Assembly (NCBI GenBank): GCA_039715075.1
Contig: JBDLIC010000002.1
Coordinates: forward strand, 2,108 to 66,107
From: Nitrospirota bacterium
Lineage (GTDB): Bacteria; Nitrospirota; Thermodesulfovibrionia; UBA6902
Direction: 5' to 3'
DNA length: 64,000 nucleotides
Shown here: positions 39,791-49,633 of the stretch, one piece after another
Layout of the letters: the number at the start of each line of letters is the position of its first letter
Position numbering within the stretch: position 1 is the stretch's first letter
Position numbers and translations under genes: made by a program
The notes under the pieces: generated by a model
Told to the model about the DNA's origin: nothing
What the model saw: the letters and a program-made list of their open reading frames with translations, nothing else
Database searches by the model: none

Positions 39791-39982
39791 GTGGGAGAAC
39801 ACAATAAAAAAGGCTGCAAAGGAGGAGAAGACTGTTCTGATGAAGAACATCTCTGTAAGATAGCAGGCAGAAAAGACTTCGACCGTGTCCGGGACCTCGT
39901 TAAGGAAGCCCGGTATTTCTGCAGGAAATGCGGCCGGGCAGCACATACAGACAAACATTTGTGTAACCCTCTGAAGATATAG
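39791..39982 (+). CDS. small Cys-rich protein (63 aa, 6 Cys)
   Basis: GTG start with GGAGG RBS. Cys residues at positions 9, 15, 22, 44, 47 and 58. Family not recognised. Confidence 0.4.
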   Translation: MGEHNKKGCKGGEDCSDEEHLCKIAGRKDFDRVRDLVKEARYFCRKCGRAAHTDKHLCNPLKI

Positions 39983-40035
39983 AAACTGAAGGCAACCGGT
40001 TTTTAGTCAGTTTATATTCAATGTGGAGGTAATAA

Positions 40036-40260
40036 ATGAGTAAACGAATGCCTGCAATAAAAGAGCTTGAACCCGGTACCTATTTCTGGTGCAGATGCGG
40101 AAGGACTAAAAAACAGCCGTTCTGCGACGGTTCTCACAAAGAAACTTCAATCAAGCCTCTGGAGTTCAGGGTCAAAGAGAAGAAAAAAATAGCCCTCTGC
40201 AATTGTCAGAAAACCAGGAACGGACCTGTCTGCGACGGGGCACATAAGAATTTAAAATAA
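40036..40260 (+). CDS. CDGSH-type iron-sulfur domain protein with two CDGSH motifs
   Basis: [16 protein letters not shown] and [16 protein letters not shown] motifs in 74 aa. Confidence 0.8.
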   Translation: MSKRMPAIKELEPGTYFWCRCGRTKKQPFCDGSHKETSIKPLEFRVKEKKKIALCNCQKTRNGPVCDGAHKNLK

Positions 40261-40285
40261 AATACAAACTGTAGAGGAGGAAAGT

Positions 40286-40444
40286 ATGGATAAGTATGAA
40301 TGCCCTTGTGGCTATGTTTATGATCCGGAGGAGGGAGACTATACACAGAACATTGCTCAGGGGACTGCCTTTAAGGACTTGCCGGATGACTGGCTTTGCC
40401 CTACATGCCAGGCAGGGAAGGATATTTTTACTGAAGTAGAATAA
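40286..40444 (+). CDS. rd: rubredoxin (52 aa), below the size cut-off of the ORF track
   Basis: [52 protein letters not shown] has the CxxCG ... CPxC rubredoxin motifs. A GGAGG RBS lies 8 nt upstream. Confidence 0.85.
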   Translation: MDKYECPCGYVYDPEEGDYTQNIAQGTAFKDLPDDWLCPTCQAGKDIFTEVE

Positions 40445-40569
40445 AAAAGAACCGCTTCAAATGTTTACTGTAGAGAGGAGATTTCTCCTCTACTCAAATA
40501 TCATTGCCTTTAAATCATTGTAAGTGGTGTCACTCATTTATTAATCTGTACTGCACCAAAGGAGGTCCA

Positions 40570-41010
40570 ATGAAAAGTGTTTTGATTGCGTATTTCAGCC
40601 GCACTGGAAAGACAGAACAGATGGCAAAGTACACAGCAGAAGGAGTTCGTTTTTGCGGGCATACAGCTGAAGTCAAGGAAATTTCTGAAATTAAAAATGA
40701 AAAGGATTTTGCAGGATTTGACGGGTTCATTTTTGGTTGTCCAACTTATCATAGAGATATGACGCAGAATATGAAAACATTCCTTTTTTTGGCACAAAAG
40801 GCTAATCTTGAGGGGAAAATCGGGGGTGCCTTTGGTTCTCATACCCACACGGGAGATGCTCCAAAGTTGATTTTTGATACTATGGAATTTGTATACAAGA
40901 TGGACATGGTTAATTTAGGACCATTTCCTATCAAAGAGGCCATAGTCGACACAATGGAAGGAATACATGCCTGTCAGGATTATGGAAAAGCTGTTGGTAA
41001 TAAATTGTAG
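40570..41010 (+). CDS. flavodoxin
   Basis: Start at MKSVLIAYFSRTGKTEQMAKY (flavodoxin FMN-phosphate loop T/SxTGxT), and FGCPTY later. The first 22 codons of the ORF-track call are likely upstream read-through. Confidence 0.75.
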   Translation: MKSVLIAYFSRTGKTEQMAKYTAEGVRFCGHTAEVKEISEIKNEKDFAGFDGFIFGCPTYHRDMTQNMKTFLFLAQKANLEGKIGGAFGSHTHTGDAPKLIFDTMEFVYKMDMVNLGPFPIKEAIVDTMEGIHACQDYGKAVGNKL

Positions 41011-41160
41011 CCCTGTTATTACTCTTAAACGAAAGATGGTTTATAGGGCTTGGTCAATTCCAGGCCCTTATTTTATAGGTGGTGCCACTGAAGAATGTAG
41101 ACCTGACACCACCTACAAAGGGGAAGACTTGAAAGAAGAACTTTTCATAAAATACAGACT

Positions 41161-41736
41161 CTAATAATTCTCACACATTATTTCGTAATATGACTGCGGG
41201 TGCGCACAGGCAGGGCATTCTTCCGGCGCCGCTTTTCCCTCATGGACATATCCGCAATTGCGGCACTTCCATTTAACGGCTTCATCCTTTTCAAAGACCT
41301 TCCCGTCTTTTATATTCTGGAGTAATTTTCTGTATCTTTTTTCGTGCTGTTCTTCTACTTCCGATATTTCCTTAAATACGTACGCAACCGCATCAAATCC
41401 TTCTTCCCTGGCAACAGACTCAGCATCTTTGTAAAGTTTGGTCCATTCAAGATGTTCCCCTGCAGCCGCTGCCTCAAGATTAGCCGCAGTATCGCCAATC
41501 ACCCCTGCCGGATATGTCGCCGTTATTTCAACGTCTCCGCCTTCGAGGAACTTGAAGAATTTTTTTGCATGTTCTTTTTCATTATCAGCTGTCTCGAGAA
41601 AAATAGCCGCTATCTGTTCAAACCCTGCCTTTTTCGCTACTGATGCAAAATAGGTATAACGGTTTCTCGCCTCTGACTCTCCAGCAAAAGATGCCAGTAA
41701 ATTCTTCTCGGTTCTTGTTCCCTTTATGCTCTTCAT
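41161..41736 (-). CDS. rbr: rubrerythrin (diiron domain plus C-terminal rubredoxin-like domain)
   Basis: ExxH diiron motifs (NEKEHAKKF, EEQHEKRY) and a C-terminal CRNCGY...CPACAH. Confidence 0.9.
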   Translation of the reverse strand: MKSIKGTRTEKNLLASFAGESEARNRYTYFASVAKKAGFEQIAAIFLETADNEKEHAKKFFKFLEGGDVEITATYPAGVIGDTAANLEAAAAGEHLEWTKLYKDAESVAREEGFDAVAYVFKEISEVEEQHEKRYRKLLQNIKDGKVFEKDEAVKWKCRNCGYVHEGKAAPEECPACAHPQSYYEIMCENY

Positions 41737-41979
41737 TCCAAACCTCCAATATCGGGTATTTTTTCAGATTTAGCTCGCCCGGTTTTTTTACCCTTGACAA
41801 TTAACAGGTCACCGCATCTTTAATCTACAATTCCCGGAAGAATCTGTCAATTTCTGGTTTCCGGAGACAAAAGAAAGTCCTGGAAAGATGAAACATATAT
41901 AAAATAACACTTATAATAGACCACATAAACAAAAAACCTTATAATTCAGAGTAATTTCATCATACAGGGAGATTCGGAA

Positions 41980-42396
41980 ATGGAGTGGACAGAGGACCTG
42001 TCAGTCGGCAATGAAACAATTGACAGTCAGCACCGTGAGCTATTTGACAGAATTAACGATCTTGTGGCAGCAATAAAACAGAAGACATGCAAGTATAAAA
42101 TAGGTGATGTTATTAAGTTCCTTGACGACTATATAGTATATCACTTCGGAGAAGAAGAAAAAATAATGCAGAAGTACAGATACCCTGATTACGCTAAGCA
42201 TAAGGCACAGCACAAAATATTCCTGGATAACTTTGAAAAACTCAAGGTTGAGCTTCCTAAACTTGAGGGCGGAAAGAAACCGGGTTCATATGACCTCTCA
42301 GTCGAGACTAACCAGGTGGTGATTGACTGGATACTGCTGCATATCGCCAGCGTCGATAAACAACTTGGAGAGTTTTTGAAGGATTTTGCAAAGTAA
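41980..42396 (+). CDS. bacteriohemerythrin
   Basis: MEWTEDLSVGNETIDSQHRELF hemerythrin signature with His/Glu/Asp ligand spacing. Confidence 0.8.
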   Translation: MEWTEDLSVGNETIDSQHRELFDRINDLVAAIKQKTCKYKIGDVIKFLDDYIVYHFGEEEKIMQKYRYPDYAKHKAQHKIFLDNFEKLKVELPKLEGGKKPGSYDLSVETNQVVIDWILLHIASVDKQLGEFLKDFAK

Positions 42397-42424
42397 AAAA
42401 CAGCGTGTTTACTATCTCCGGAAA

Positions 42425-43276
42425 TTAATAAAACTCTTTTAATGTCTTTTCAAGTTTTGACAGATCAAATGTCTGTTTTACAAGGGGACTGTCTATGATT
42501 ACAGGAATCCTCTCTTCTAAAATCGGCCTGTTGTTTCTGTAAATGATACCTATGGGAATGCGATCACCCCATTCAAGCGCTTTTTGAAATGCCTGCGCCC
42601 TGCCTTCAGGGTTATAATCAGGATCGAGGCGATAGACCCTCTGTTTGTACCATTCAAATGTATTTAACTTATTGAACGTAACACAGGGCTGCAGAATATC
42701 GACAAGTGAAAAACCTTTATGGTCCAGAGCTGATTTGATGAGTTCCTTTGTATGTTCCATGTCGCCAGAAAAACCCCTTGCTACAAAGCTGCAGTCAAGG
42801 GCTATTGCGAGGGCCATCGGATTAAGCTGTTCCGAGAAAACCCCGAACGGCTGGTTCTTTGTCTTCATCCCTTCCATGCTCGTAGGAGAGGCCTGCCCCT
42901 TTGTCAGTCCGTATATCTGGTTGTCATGGACAAAGAGCTTCACATTAATGTTTCTCCTTATCGCATGCATAAAATGGTTGCCGCCTTCTCCGTAGCAGTC
43001 ACCGTCACCGGCAAACACCATCACCGGGTGTTCATTGTTTACAAGCCTCATTCCTGTCGCAACAGGAAGCGCCCTTCCGTGAAGGCCATTGAACGTATTG
43101 CACCTGACATAATGAGGAAATTTGCCTGACTGGCCGATCCCGGAGACGATCGTGAACTGATGTGGCTCAATATCCATCTCAACCATCGCATCTTTAAATG
43201 ATTTAAGGATGCTGAAGTTTCCGCATCCCGGACACCAAGCCGGATGCTGCCCCCTATAGTCCTTTAATGTGCTCAT
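42425..43276 (-). CDS. korB: 2-oxoacid:ferredoxin oxidoreductase beta (TPP-binding) subunit
   Basis: WCPGCGNFSIL and GDGDCYGEGGNHF TPP-binding motifs. Confidence 0.85.
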   Translation of the reverse strand: MSTLKDYRGQHPAWCPGCGNFSILKSFKDAMVEMDIEPHQFTIVSGIGQSGKFPHYVRCNTFNGLHGRALPVATGMRLVNNEHPVMVFAGDGDCYGEGGNHFMHAIRRNINVKLFVHDNQIYGLTKGQASPTSMEGMKTKNQPFGVFSEQLNPMALAIALDCSFVARGFSGDMEHTKELIKSALDHKGFSLVDILQPCVTFNKLNTFEWYKQRVYRLDPDYNPEGRAQAFQKALEWGDRIPIGIIYRNNRPILEERIPVIIDSPLVKQTFDLSKLEKTLKEFY

Positions 43277-44987
43277 TTATCTCTCCTGACAGGCCTTCCA
43301 GTGTAAAGGGCCTTCCATCATACCGGTTGATCTTCGCCCTGAATTCATAGCCGGTTTCCGCCCTTACGAGGCACGCAAATTGTCCTGTAGCATTATTCTC
43401 TATGCAAATAGCAATCTTAGCGTTCTCCAGCACTTTCAGATAGTAAAATTTTTCAGGCGAAGGCAGTGGATAGATTTCGCTGAAATGCATCATCGCGATA
43501 TTCCTGTTTTTTGAAAAAACATCAACCGCCTCTTTTAGAATTCCATATGTAGAACCCCATCCCACAAGGAGGATGTCCGCCCTGCTGCTCCCGTATATGG
43601 TCGGAGGACTGATTTCATCTTTTATCTGAGGCATTTTCCTGAAGAGCCTTTTGTCCGTCATTTTAATTCTTGTTTCAGCATCTTCCACCAGATGGCCTTC
43701 TTCGTCATGTTCATCGCTGTCAGTCACCACAAGATGTCCTGAATCACCGGGCACGGCCAACGGGGTTATTCCTGACTCAGTATATGAATGCCTTTTATAT
43801 TCCGGAAGCTTCTCAAGATCATCTCCCCTTAAGCGATAATCATTATATTCGATCCTGCCTGTGTCAAACCCGTCAAATGTCCACTGGGTATCGGCAAGGT
43901 ACTGGTCTGTAATTATGATGACCGGCACCTGATACTTCTCCGTAAGTTCAAAAGCCCTGTTCGTGAGATAAAATGCCTGTTCCGGTGTGCCCGGTGCAAA
44001 GATGATCCTTGGGAATTCTCCATGTGCCGTATAGAGGGCAAACTGAAGGTCCCCCTGCTCCGTTCTGGTAGGTAATCCGGTTGCAGGGCCAGGCCTCTGG
44101 GCAAGTGCGATTACTATTGGGGTCTCTGTCATTCCGGCAAGCGAAAGGCCTTCGACCATTAAAGCAAACCCGCCTCCTGAAGTTCCGGTCATTGCCCTGA
44201 CTCCGGCAAAAGACGCACCCAGGGCCATGTTGATGGCGGATATCTCATCTTCGGCCTGTTCGACTATAATCCCGTACTCCTCTTCCTTGTCCGCGACATA
44301 GTTCATGATACCTGTAGAAGGCGTCATGGGATAGGCGGAATAGAATTTAAGACCCGATGCAACGGCGCCGAATCCTATGGCCTCACTTCCATCAATCAGC
44401 ATTTTGGCATTCATGGGCGAACGGCCGTTCGCCCCTACGGAAAATGAACACTTACTGCAATTACTGGCTGCAAAGTCATGACCCGCAGTTGCTGCACGGA
44501 TATTGCTTTCCACAACATCTTCACCCTTTTTACCGAAGGTATCCCGAATGATATCGTTTAAGACATCCAGCTTCATTCCCAGCATGCCAAGGACAGAGCC
44601 GGTAGCAACGGTGTTCGCCATTATCCTGCTCCCATGCTTTAGAGCAAGCTCCAGAAAAGGTACATCAAGAAAGTGGGCTTCATCATAATTCTGCTTCAGA
44701 AAAGAAGAATCATACACAATCTGCCCGATCTCTGAAAGTTCATTCCGGTGAAGAGGGACCGTCTCTTTGTCCATTGCAACCAGGATGTCAACCCTGTTCC
44801 TTGAAGACATAACAGGTTTATCAGACAGCCTGACCTGATAGAAGTTGTGTCCTCCCCTTATTCGGGATTCATAGTCCTGATGGGTAAAGACATGAAGGCC
44901 TGTTCTTGCAAAAAGCCTGGCGAGCGTGCCGCCTATTGTCTGTATGCCCTGTCCCGCTTCACCGCCAATTTTTATTGTATAGTCCAT
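43254..44987 (-). CDS. korA: 2-oxoacid:ferredoxin oxidoreductase alpha subunit with N-terminal gamma domain fused
   Basis: N-terminal IKIGGEAGQGIQTIGGTLAR (gamma-type domain) followed by the alpha-subunit core, 577 aa. Confidence 0.8.
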   Translation of the reverse strand: MDYTIKIGGEAGQGIQTIGGTLARLFARTGLHVFTHQDYESRIRGGHNFYQVRLSDKPVMSSRNRVDILVAMDKETVPLHRNELSEIGQIVYDSSFLKQNYDEAHFLDVPFLELALKHGSRIMANTVATGSVLGMLGMKLDVLNDIIRDTFGKKGEDVVESNIRAATAGHDFAASNCSKCSFSVGANGRSPMNAKMLIDGSEAIGFGAVASGLKFYSAYPMTPSTGIMNYVADKEEEYGIIVEQAEDEISAINMALGASFAGVRAMTGTSGGGFALMVEGLSLAGMTETPIVIALAQRPGPATGLPTRTEQGDLQFALYTAHGEFPRIIFAPGTPEQAFYLTNRAFELTEKYQVPVIIITDQYLADTQWTFDGFDTGRIEYNDYRLRGDDLEKLPEYKRHSYTESGITPLAVPGDSGHLVVTDSDEHDEEGHLVEDAETRIKMTDKRLFRKMPQIKDEISPPTIYGSSRADILLVGWGSTYGILKEAVDVFSKNRNIAMMHFSEIYPLPSPEKFYYLKVLENAKIAICIENNATGQFACLVRAETGYEFRAKINRYDGRPFTLEGLSGEINEHIKGL

Positions 44988-44989
44988 GT

Positions 44990-45035
44990 CTAGAAGTTAT
45001 TCGTCAATCGTCAATCGTAATTTGTAATTGATAAT
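44990..45035. repeat. short relative of the CGTCAAT repeat family
   Basis: ATTCGTCAATCGTCAATCGTAATTTGTAATTGAT directly downstream of korA. Confidence 0.45.
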
Positions 45036-45214
45036 TACTCTATGTTAAAAACAGCAACCTCTTTGCTGCCCGGTATATACTCACCTACAGGAACCAGTTT
45101 CCTGCCGTCGCTCACACACCCTATGATGATCGACCAGAGCTGATTAAGTTCAGTTTTTTCCCTGTCATTTTCAGGAATCATTTTTATCAGTGTCCCTTCA
45201 AGTTCAATCTTCAT
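45035..45214 (-). CDS. hypothetical small protein (59 aa)
   Basis: Start at MKIELEG with GGAGG RBS. First of three co-oriented uncharacterised genes. Confidence 0.4.
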   Translation of the reverse strand: MKIELEGTLIKMIPENDREKTELNQLWSIIIGCVSDGRKLVPVGEYIPGSKEVAVFNIE

Positions 45215-45277
45215 GTGACCTCCATTATTTTTCTGTCCCGCTGTCTGCTCCGGAACCAATAAAATTATTTTGATCCG

Positions 45278-45724
45278 TTAAAACGTCGAAGGATCTTCAG
45301 GCGGCAATTTATTTTCATCAAAGGGCATAACCCCGAGCTGAGTCATAACAGCCTCATAACTTTCAAGCATCTCCTTATAATCAAAACCGGACATTGAATC
45401 ATACAAAGCATTCTCAACCAGTCTGTCGAATGCCTCATAGTCAAAGCTGCCGTCAACCACTCCTGAACGCAACAGTATATTAAAAGTGGTCTTATCATCA
45501 TTCATATTATCATCCTCATCAATCCCGAGATTCTTTATACGTTCAGGGGATGCAACATACCACTGCATTGCCGAGCCCAGCGCATCATAAAGAGTTATGA
45601 TACCATATGATATTTTGCCCTGACGAAGCCTTCTTTTACCGCCGCGAATGTGGAGCTTCGCACGCATGAGAGGTCCTTCCACAGGTCCAAGCGCAGCTTC
45701 ATCCATTAAACCAAAGTGCGGCAT
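45278..45724 (-). CDS. hypothetical protein (148 aa)
   Basis: Intact ORF with no recognisable motif. Its start overlaps the stop of the upstream 139-aa gene by a few bases. Confidence 0.4.
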   Translation of the reverse strand: MPHFGLMDEAALGPVEGPLMRAKLHIRGGKRRLRQGKISYGIITLYDALGSAMQWYVASPERIKNLGIDEDDNMNDDKTTFNILLRSGVVDGSFDYEAFDRLVENALYDSMSGFDYKEMLESYEAVMTQLGVMPFDENKLPPEDPSTF

Positions 45725-45829
45725 GCTAAATGCTCAACTCCCTCCGTAATAATTTCAGTTATTATAAGTACCCATCTCTTCTCAAGCCCGGGGAATACAG
45801 GATTCTGCTGCTGCCCTTTTTTAAAAGTA

Positions 45830-46249
45830 CTACTCCTTAAAAAAGCCGAGGGGTTCCATTTCGTCTATTACCCACTGGTCTTCCACCTGTTCATCACCCC
45901 CGACATCTTTCATGGTCCTTGCACGTTCCTTAAGATAACAGAATACCAGCCTCTTCTTAACACTGTTGAGTTTCGTGTCCATATCAGTCACGTTGTCCCG
46001 CAGTGACCACCTGATACCAAGGTCTTTGATAACATCGTTTATCATCTCGTCTTTTACTTCTTTCTGCACCACCATAGAAAGAGTATTTTCCGGACCGGTT
46101 GTCAGCTTCATTGGATTATGCGGCTCTGCCAGTTCCTGACCATTTTCTTCCGCCCACTTCATAATATCAGGAACAAACTTAATGTCCTTAATAAAATACT
46201 GGCCACCAAGATTTAATAGTACTGCTTCATAATCATTAACATAGACCAT
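45830..46249 (-). CDS. hypothetical protein (139 aa)
   Basis: Intact ORF with no recognisable motif. Confidence 0.4.
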   Translation of the reverse strand: MVYVNDYEAVLLNLGGQYFIKDIKFVPDIMKWAEENGQELAEPHNPMKLTTGPENTLSMVVQKEVKDEMINDVIKDLGIRWSLRDNVTDMDTKLNSVKKRLVFCYLKERARTMKDVGGDEQVEDQWVIDEMEPLGFFKE

Positions 46250-46497
46250 ATCGACCTCATCTCAAACCTTTTATGGGCAGCAACTGCCACCATGTATTTA
46301 TTAAAATCATAACATTTGCAAATCTAATGTCAAGACCACATATATGACGGCAATCTCTTTGATTTATTAAGAATTAATCATAATGCATATTTGAGATATC
46401 AGACATGATATAAATCATACAATTTGCCGTTCATTAAGTTTAAAAAATAGTTATCAATATGACCGGAAATAACAGAGTTATTTGCCGCCTTATACAT

Positions 46498-47667
46498 ATG
46501 TTAACAATGAATAAACTCAGCCTCGTCCTGATTTCTGTTTTACTGATTTCGATAACCTGTTATGCCGAAGAAAAATTCAGCGGCAGCAAACATCCGCATA
46601 AAGAGTGGACAGAAATTTCATTGGTCCCGGTAGTCAGAGGATCAAAGGAACCTACACATATTACACATGCCGGTGATAACAGCGGAAGACTTTTTGTAAC
46701 AGAGCAAAAAGGAAAAATTCTACTTGTCAAAAACAACAACATATCCGAAAGACCTTTTCTTGATATTCGTCACCGGGTAGGATGCTGCGGTGAAAGGGGT
46801 CTTCTCAGTGCGGCATTCCCTCATGCCTATTCATCCAAAAAATATTTTTACGTGAACTATACAAACAAAAAAGGTAATACCTTAATAGCACGCTACAGGT
46901 TAACATCAAACCCGGATACTGCAGATCCGGATAGCGAAGAGATTCTGCTGACAATCAGGCAGCCTTTCTCCAATCACAACGGGGGACAGATAGCCTTCGG
47001 TCCGGACGGATATCTGTATATCGGGACAGGTGACGGTGGTCTTGCCGGCGACCCGCTCAACAAAGGGCAGGACCCGGGATCGCTGCTCGGCAAGATTTTA
47101 AGAATAGATGTGGAATCCGGAGTTTCACCTTATGCGGTACCGGCTGACAACCCTTTTGTAAAAAACAAAAAATACCGGCCAGAGATCTGGGCCCTTGGAC
47201 TGCGTAATCCATGGCGGTTTTCATTTGACCGTATTTCAGGTGATCTTTATATTGCGGATGTCGGACAGGATAAGTATGAAGAGGTCAGTTTTCAACCTTC
47301 TAAGAGTACGGGAGGAGAAAATTATGGATGGAATATACTTGAAGGTACGCATTGTTACGGTTCATCAAAGTGCAGTAAAACAGGAATTGTATTACCGGTT
47401 GCAGAGTATGACCATTCGCAGGGCTGCTCAATAACAGGGGGCATGGTCTACAGAGGTAAAAGTGTCCCGTCTCTGAAGGGAGTTTATCTGTATTCCGATT
47501 ATTGTTCAGGCCGTATCTGGGGCCTTAAAAAGTCTGGAACAGCATGGCTGAACAGGCTGCTGCTTAATAGCGGGGTTTCTGTTTCCACATTTGGTGAAAA
47601 TGAGAAGGGTGATATTTTTCTGGCTGATTACGGCACAGGGGACATTTATAGAATTAAAGCAAAGTAA
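46498..47667 (+). CDS. PQQ-dependent soluble sugar (glucose/sorbosone) dehydrogenase family protein, secreted
   Basis: Signal peptide followed by the beta-propeller motifs FSNHNGGQIAFGPDGYLYIGTGDGG and YGWNILEG. Confidence 0.75.
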   Translation: MLTMNKLSLVLISVLLISITCYAEEKFSGSKHPHKEWTEISLVPVVRGSKEPTHITHAGDNSGRLFVTEQKGKILLVKNNNISERPFLDIRHRVGCCGERGLLSAAFPHAYSSKKYFYVNYTNKKGNTLIARYRLTSNPDTADPDSEEILLTIRQPFSNHNGGQIAFGPDGYLYIGTGDGGLAGDPLNKGQDPGSLLGKILRIDVESGVSPYAVPADNPFVKNKKYRPEIWALGLRNPWRFSFDRISGDLYIADVGQDKYEEVSFQPSKSTGGENYGWNILEGTHCYGSSKCSKTGIVLPVAEYDHSQGCSITGGMVYRGKSVPSLKGVYLYSDYCSGRIWGLKKSGTAWLNRLLLNSGVSVSTFGENEKGDIFLADYGTGDIYRIKAK

Positions 47668-47747
47668 AAGGAGTTTCCGCCGAATTACCCAAAACAAAAG
47701 GGCAGGCTCAACTGCCTGCCCTTCAATCAGCATGCATCCTCTCTTTT

Positions 47748-48173
47748 CTATGTGTCTTTTGCCATAAAGGCCTTTATTTTTGTAAGCTCATTCATATAAT
47801 TGTCGTGGCTCTTCTCATCTTCAAGCAGATGTGACAGGAGCAGTTTCGGGAGAGGCAGGCTGCCCATTTCAAGGGCCTGTTCAGCTGTACTCACTGCATT
47901 CTTTTCCATTGCAGCATGTTTCTCTATAAATGTGTCCACAATCTTTAGATCGTCAGTAGTGAATATAAATGCTGAATTAAGGCTGAGCCTGATCGTTTCG
48001 AGAATTTTTTTATGCTTTTCAGAGTCGAGTTTTACCAGATCGATCATAGTCTTAAGCATGGGATTTTCACTTTGCCCCATTAAATCAGCTGCCGCTGTTA
48101 TTGTATTTTCCTCCAGCATGATCCAGTTTTGGATCAATTCCTCAAATTTCTTTCTGTTTTCAGGTAATGTCAT
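47748..48173 (-). CDS. ferritin-like diiron-domain protein
   Basis: Two ExxH motifs (DSEKHKKILE, LEDEKSHDNYMNE) in a 141-aa helical protein. Confidence 0.4.
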   Translation of the reverse strand: MTLPENRKKFEELIQNWIMLEENTITAAADLMGQSENPMLKTMIDLVKLDSEKHKKILETIRLSLNSAFIFTTDDLKIVDTFIEKHAAMEKNAVSTAEQALEMGSLPLPKLLLSHLLEDEKSHDNYMNELTKIKAFMAKDT

Positions 48174-48337
48174 AAATACCTCCTTTTCAGATAATACTTC
48201 TCATATAGATTTGTGAATAAGATTATTATATTACCGGTTAAATTAATATGATGAATATCATACTATGCATCAAAATGAGCCTTGACGATATGCGAATTAA
48301 ATGGTTAGTGTAAAGCACCAGGGAGTTCCATTACTTT

Positions 48338-48808
48338 ATGTATAATACAAACTTAAATCATAGAGGGACCATTTACAGAGCAGTTGTTCTGATCGCAGGG
48401 ATATTGTTTCTATCCGGGCCCGCGGTATCCGTAACCCATGCTGCAGGCCTTTCTGTGCCGGCAAAAGAAAGCGACATAACGCGCATTTCACCTAAGGACC
48501 TTAAGGGCATGATTGACAGGAAGGAAGCTGTCCTTATTGTAGATGTCCGTCCGGTCAGCGCATTTAATGCCCAGCACATTGCAGGAGCTATATCAGTACC
48601 GCTCAACGAGGTCAGGTCGCGCCTTGATGAACTGCCCAGGGATAAAACAATCGTTTTCTACTGAACATGACCTAATGAGCAAAAAAGTGCCCGTGCGGCA
48701 CTTCTCCTCTACAAACAGGGCTACACAAAGGTGTCCTCACTAAAGGGCGGGATGGCAATTTGGAAAAAGAACGGATTTTCTGTGTCACCTTACAAGAAAC
48801 ACAATTAA
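48338..48808 (+). CDS. periplasmic single-domain rhodanese with two in-frame TGA codons at the catalytic Cys position (candidate selenoprotein, or a nonsense-mutated pseudogene)
   Basis: Signal peptide, then rhodanese fold ...AVLIVDVRPVSAFNAQHIAGAISVP...DKTIVFY-TGA-T-TGA-PNEQKSARAALLLYKQGYTKVSSLKGGMAIWKKNGF. The frame and rhodanese C-terminal motifs are preserved after the TGAs. A hairpin AAGUGCC-CGUGC-GGCACUU lies 18-24 nt downstream. Confidence 0.5.
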
Positions 48809-48889
48809 TACTGACTTCACTAATTCCAACTGCTTAATAATTTCAGGCGCTGTCCTGAACGCTTTTTATGTTCCTTTGACAGGGCTTTC

Positions 48890-49015
48890 CTATTCCCCAA
48901 GCAGTTCCATCGGCTGTCCGCAGCATACCAGTTCACCGCCGCCGACCTTTGTGACCGTTACTTCATTTCCGCATACATTGCACTTATAGTTTTCTCCTGT
49001 TTTTCTTACTCCCAT
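48890..49015 (-). CDS. dsr: desulforedoxin (41 aa), below the ORF-track size cut-off
   Basis: MGVRKTGENYKCNVCGNEVTVTKVGGGELVCCGQPMELLGE has the CxxCG...CCG desulforedoxin motif. An AAGGAG RBS is upstream. Confidence 0.75.
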   Translation of the reverse strand: MGVRKTGENYKCNVCGNEVTVTKVGGGELVCCGQPMELLGE

Positions 49016-49055
49016 TTCCATCTCCTTTTCTTACAGGTTTATTCGAAATCCGGAT

Positions 49056-49553
49056 CTATCCTTCAACAATGCTGTGTTCTTCCCACATAAACCAGTTACC
49101 GGTGTCGCTCAGAAAGCTATGCGTATTTGCAAAAATATCATAATGCTGCTGTTCTTCCAGTGCAAGCCTCTCAAAAAGTTTTTTCTCTTTCTCTGAAGTC
49201 ACCTCTGATACCGCCTTTTCATAAAACTCCTTGCCCTCTTTTTCCATCTGCATAGCTACCTTAAAGGCCTCTAGTTCATCAGTAGTGGCTTCAATCTTCT
49301 GCATCATCTCATCCTTCATTGACTCAAATACTGTTTTTATATTTTTCATCGGGCTTACATCGTTAATTGTAATGTCGACTCCCTTGAATATCTGTGAAAG
49401 CATTTCCAGGTGCCTCTTTTCGTCTTCCGTTATGGTCATAAACATTTTTTTACCAACCGGGCTGCTGGTTTTTTCAGCTGCTTCACCATAGAAACTTATT
49501 GCGTCCTTCTCCATCTTTATTGCTATCTCAATTGCGTTCATCTTCTCCTCCAT
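49056..49553 (-). CDS. rubrerythrin-family ferritin-like diiron protein (no rubredoxin domain)
   Basis: Paired ExxH motifs (EDEKRHLE, EEQQHYD) in a 165-aa four-helix protein. Confidence 0.6.
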   Translation of the reverse strand: MEEKMNAIEIAIKMEKDAISFYGEAAEKTSSPVGKKMFMTITEDEKRHLEMLSQIFKGVDITINDVSPMKNIKTVFESMKDEMMQKIEATTDELEAFKVAMQMEKEGKEFYEKAVSEVTSEKEKKLFERLALEEQQHYDIFANTHSFLSDTGNWFMWEEHSIVEG

Positions 49554-49633
49554 CTGAAATCTTGTTTTTTAAACTGCAGGTTTAGTTTCTCATTTCAATT
49601 CTATCAGAATATATCTATTATGCAAGCTGCGGG

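Noticed and set aside
48338-48808. Alternative genetic code (TGA as a sense codon) as the explanation for the in-frame TGAs in the rhodanese gene
   Set aside because: Long housekeeping ORFs (uvrA, coxA, metK) are intact under the standard code and several terminate at TGA, so TGA is a normal stop here.
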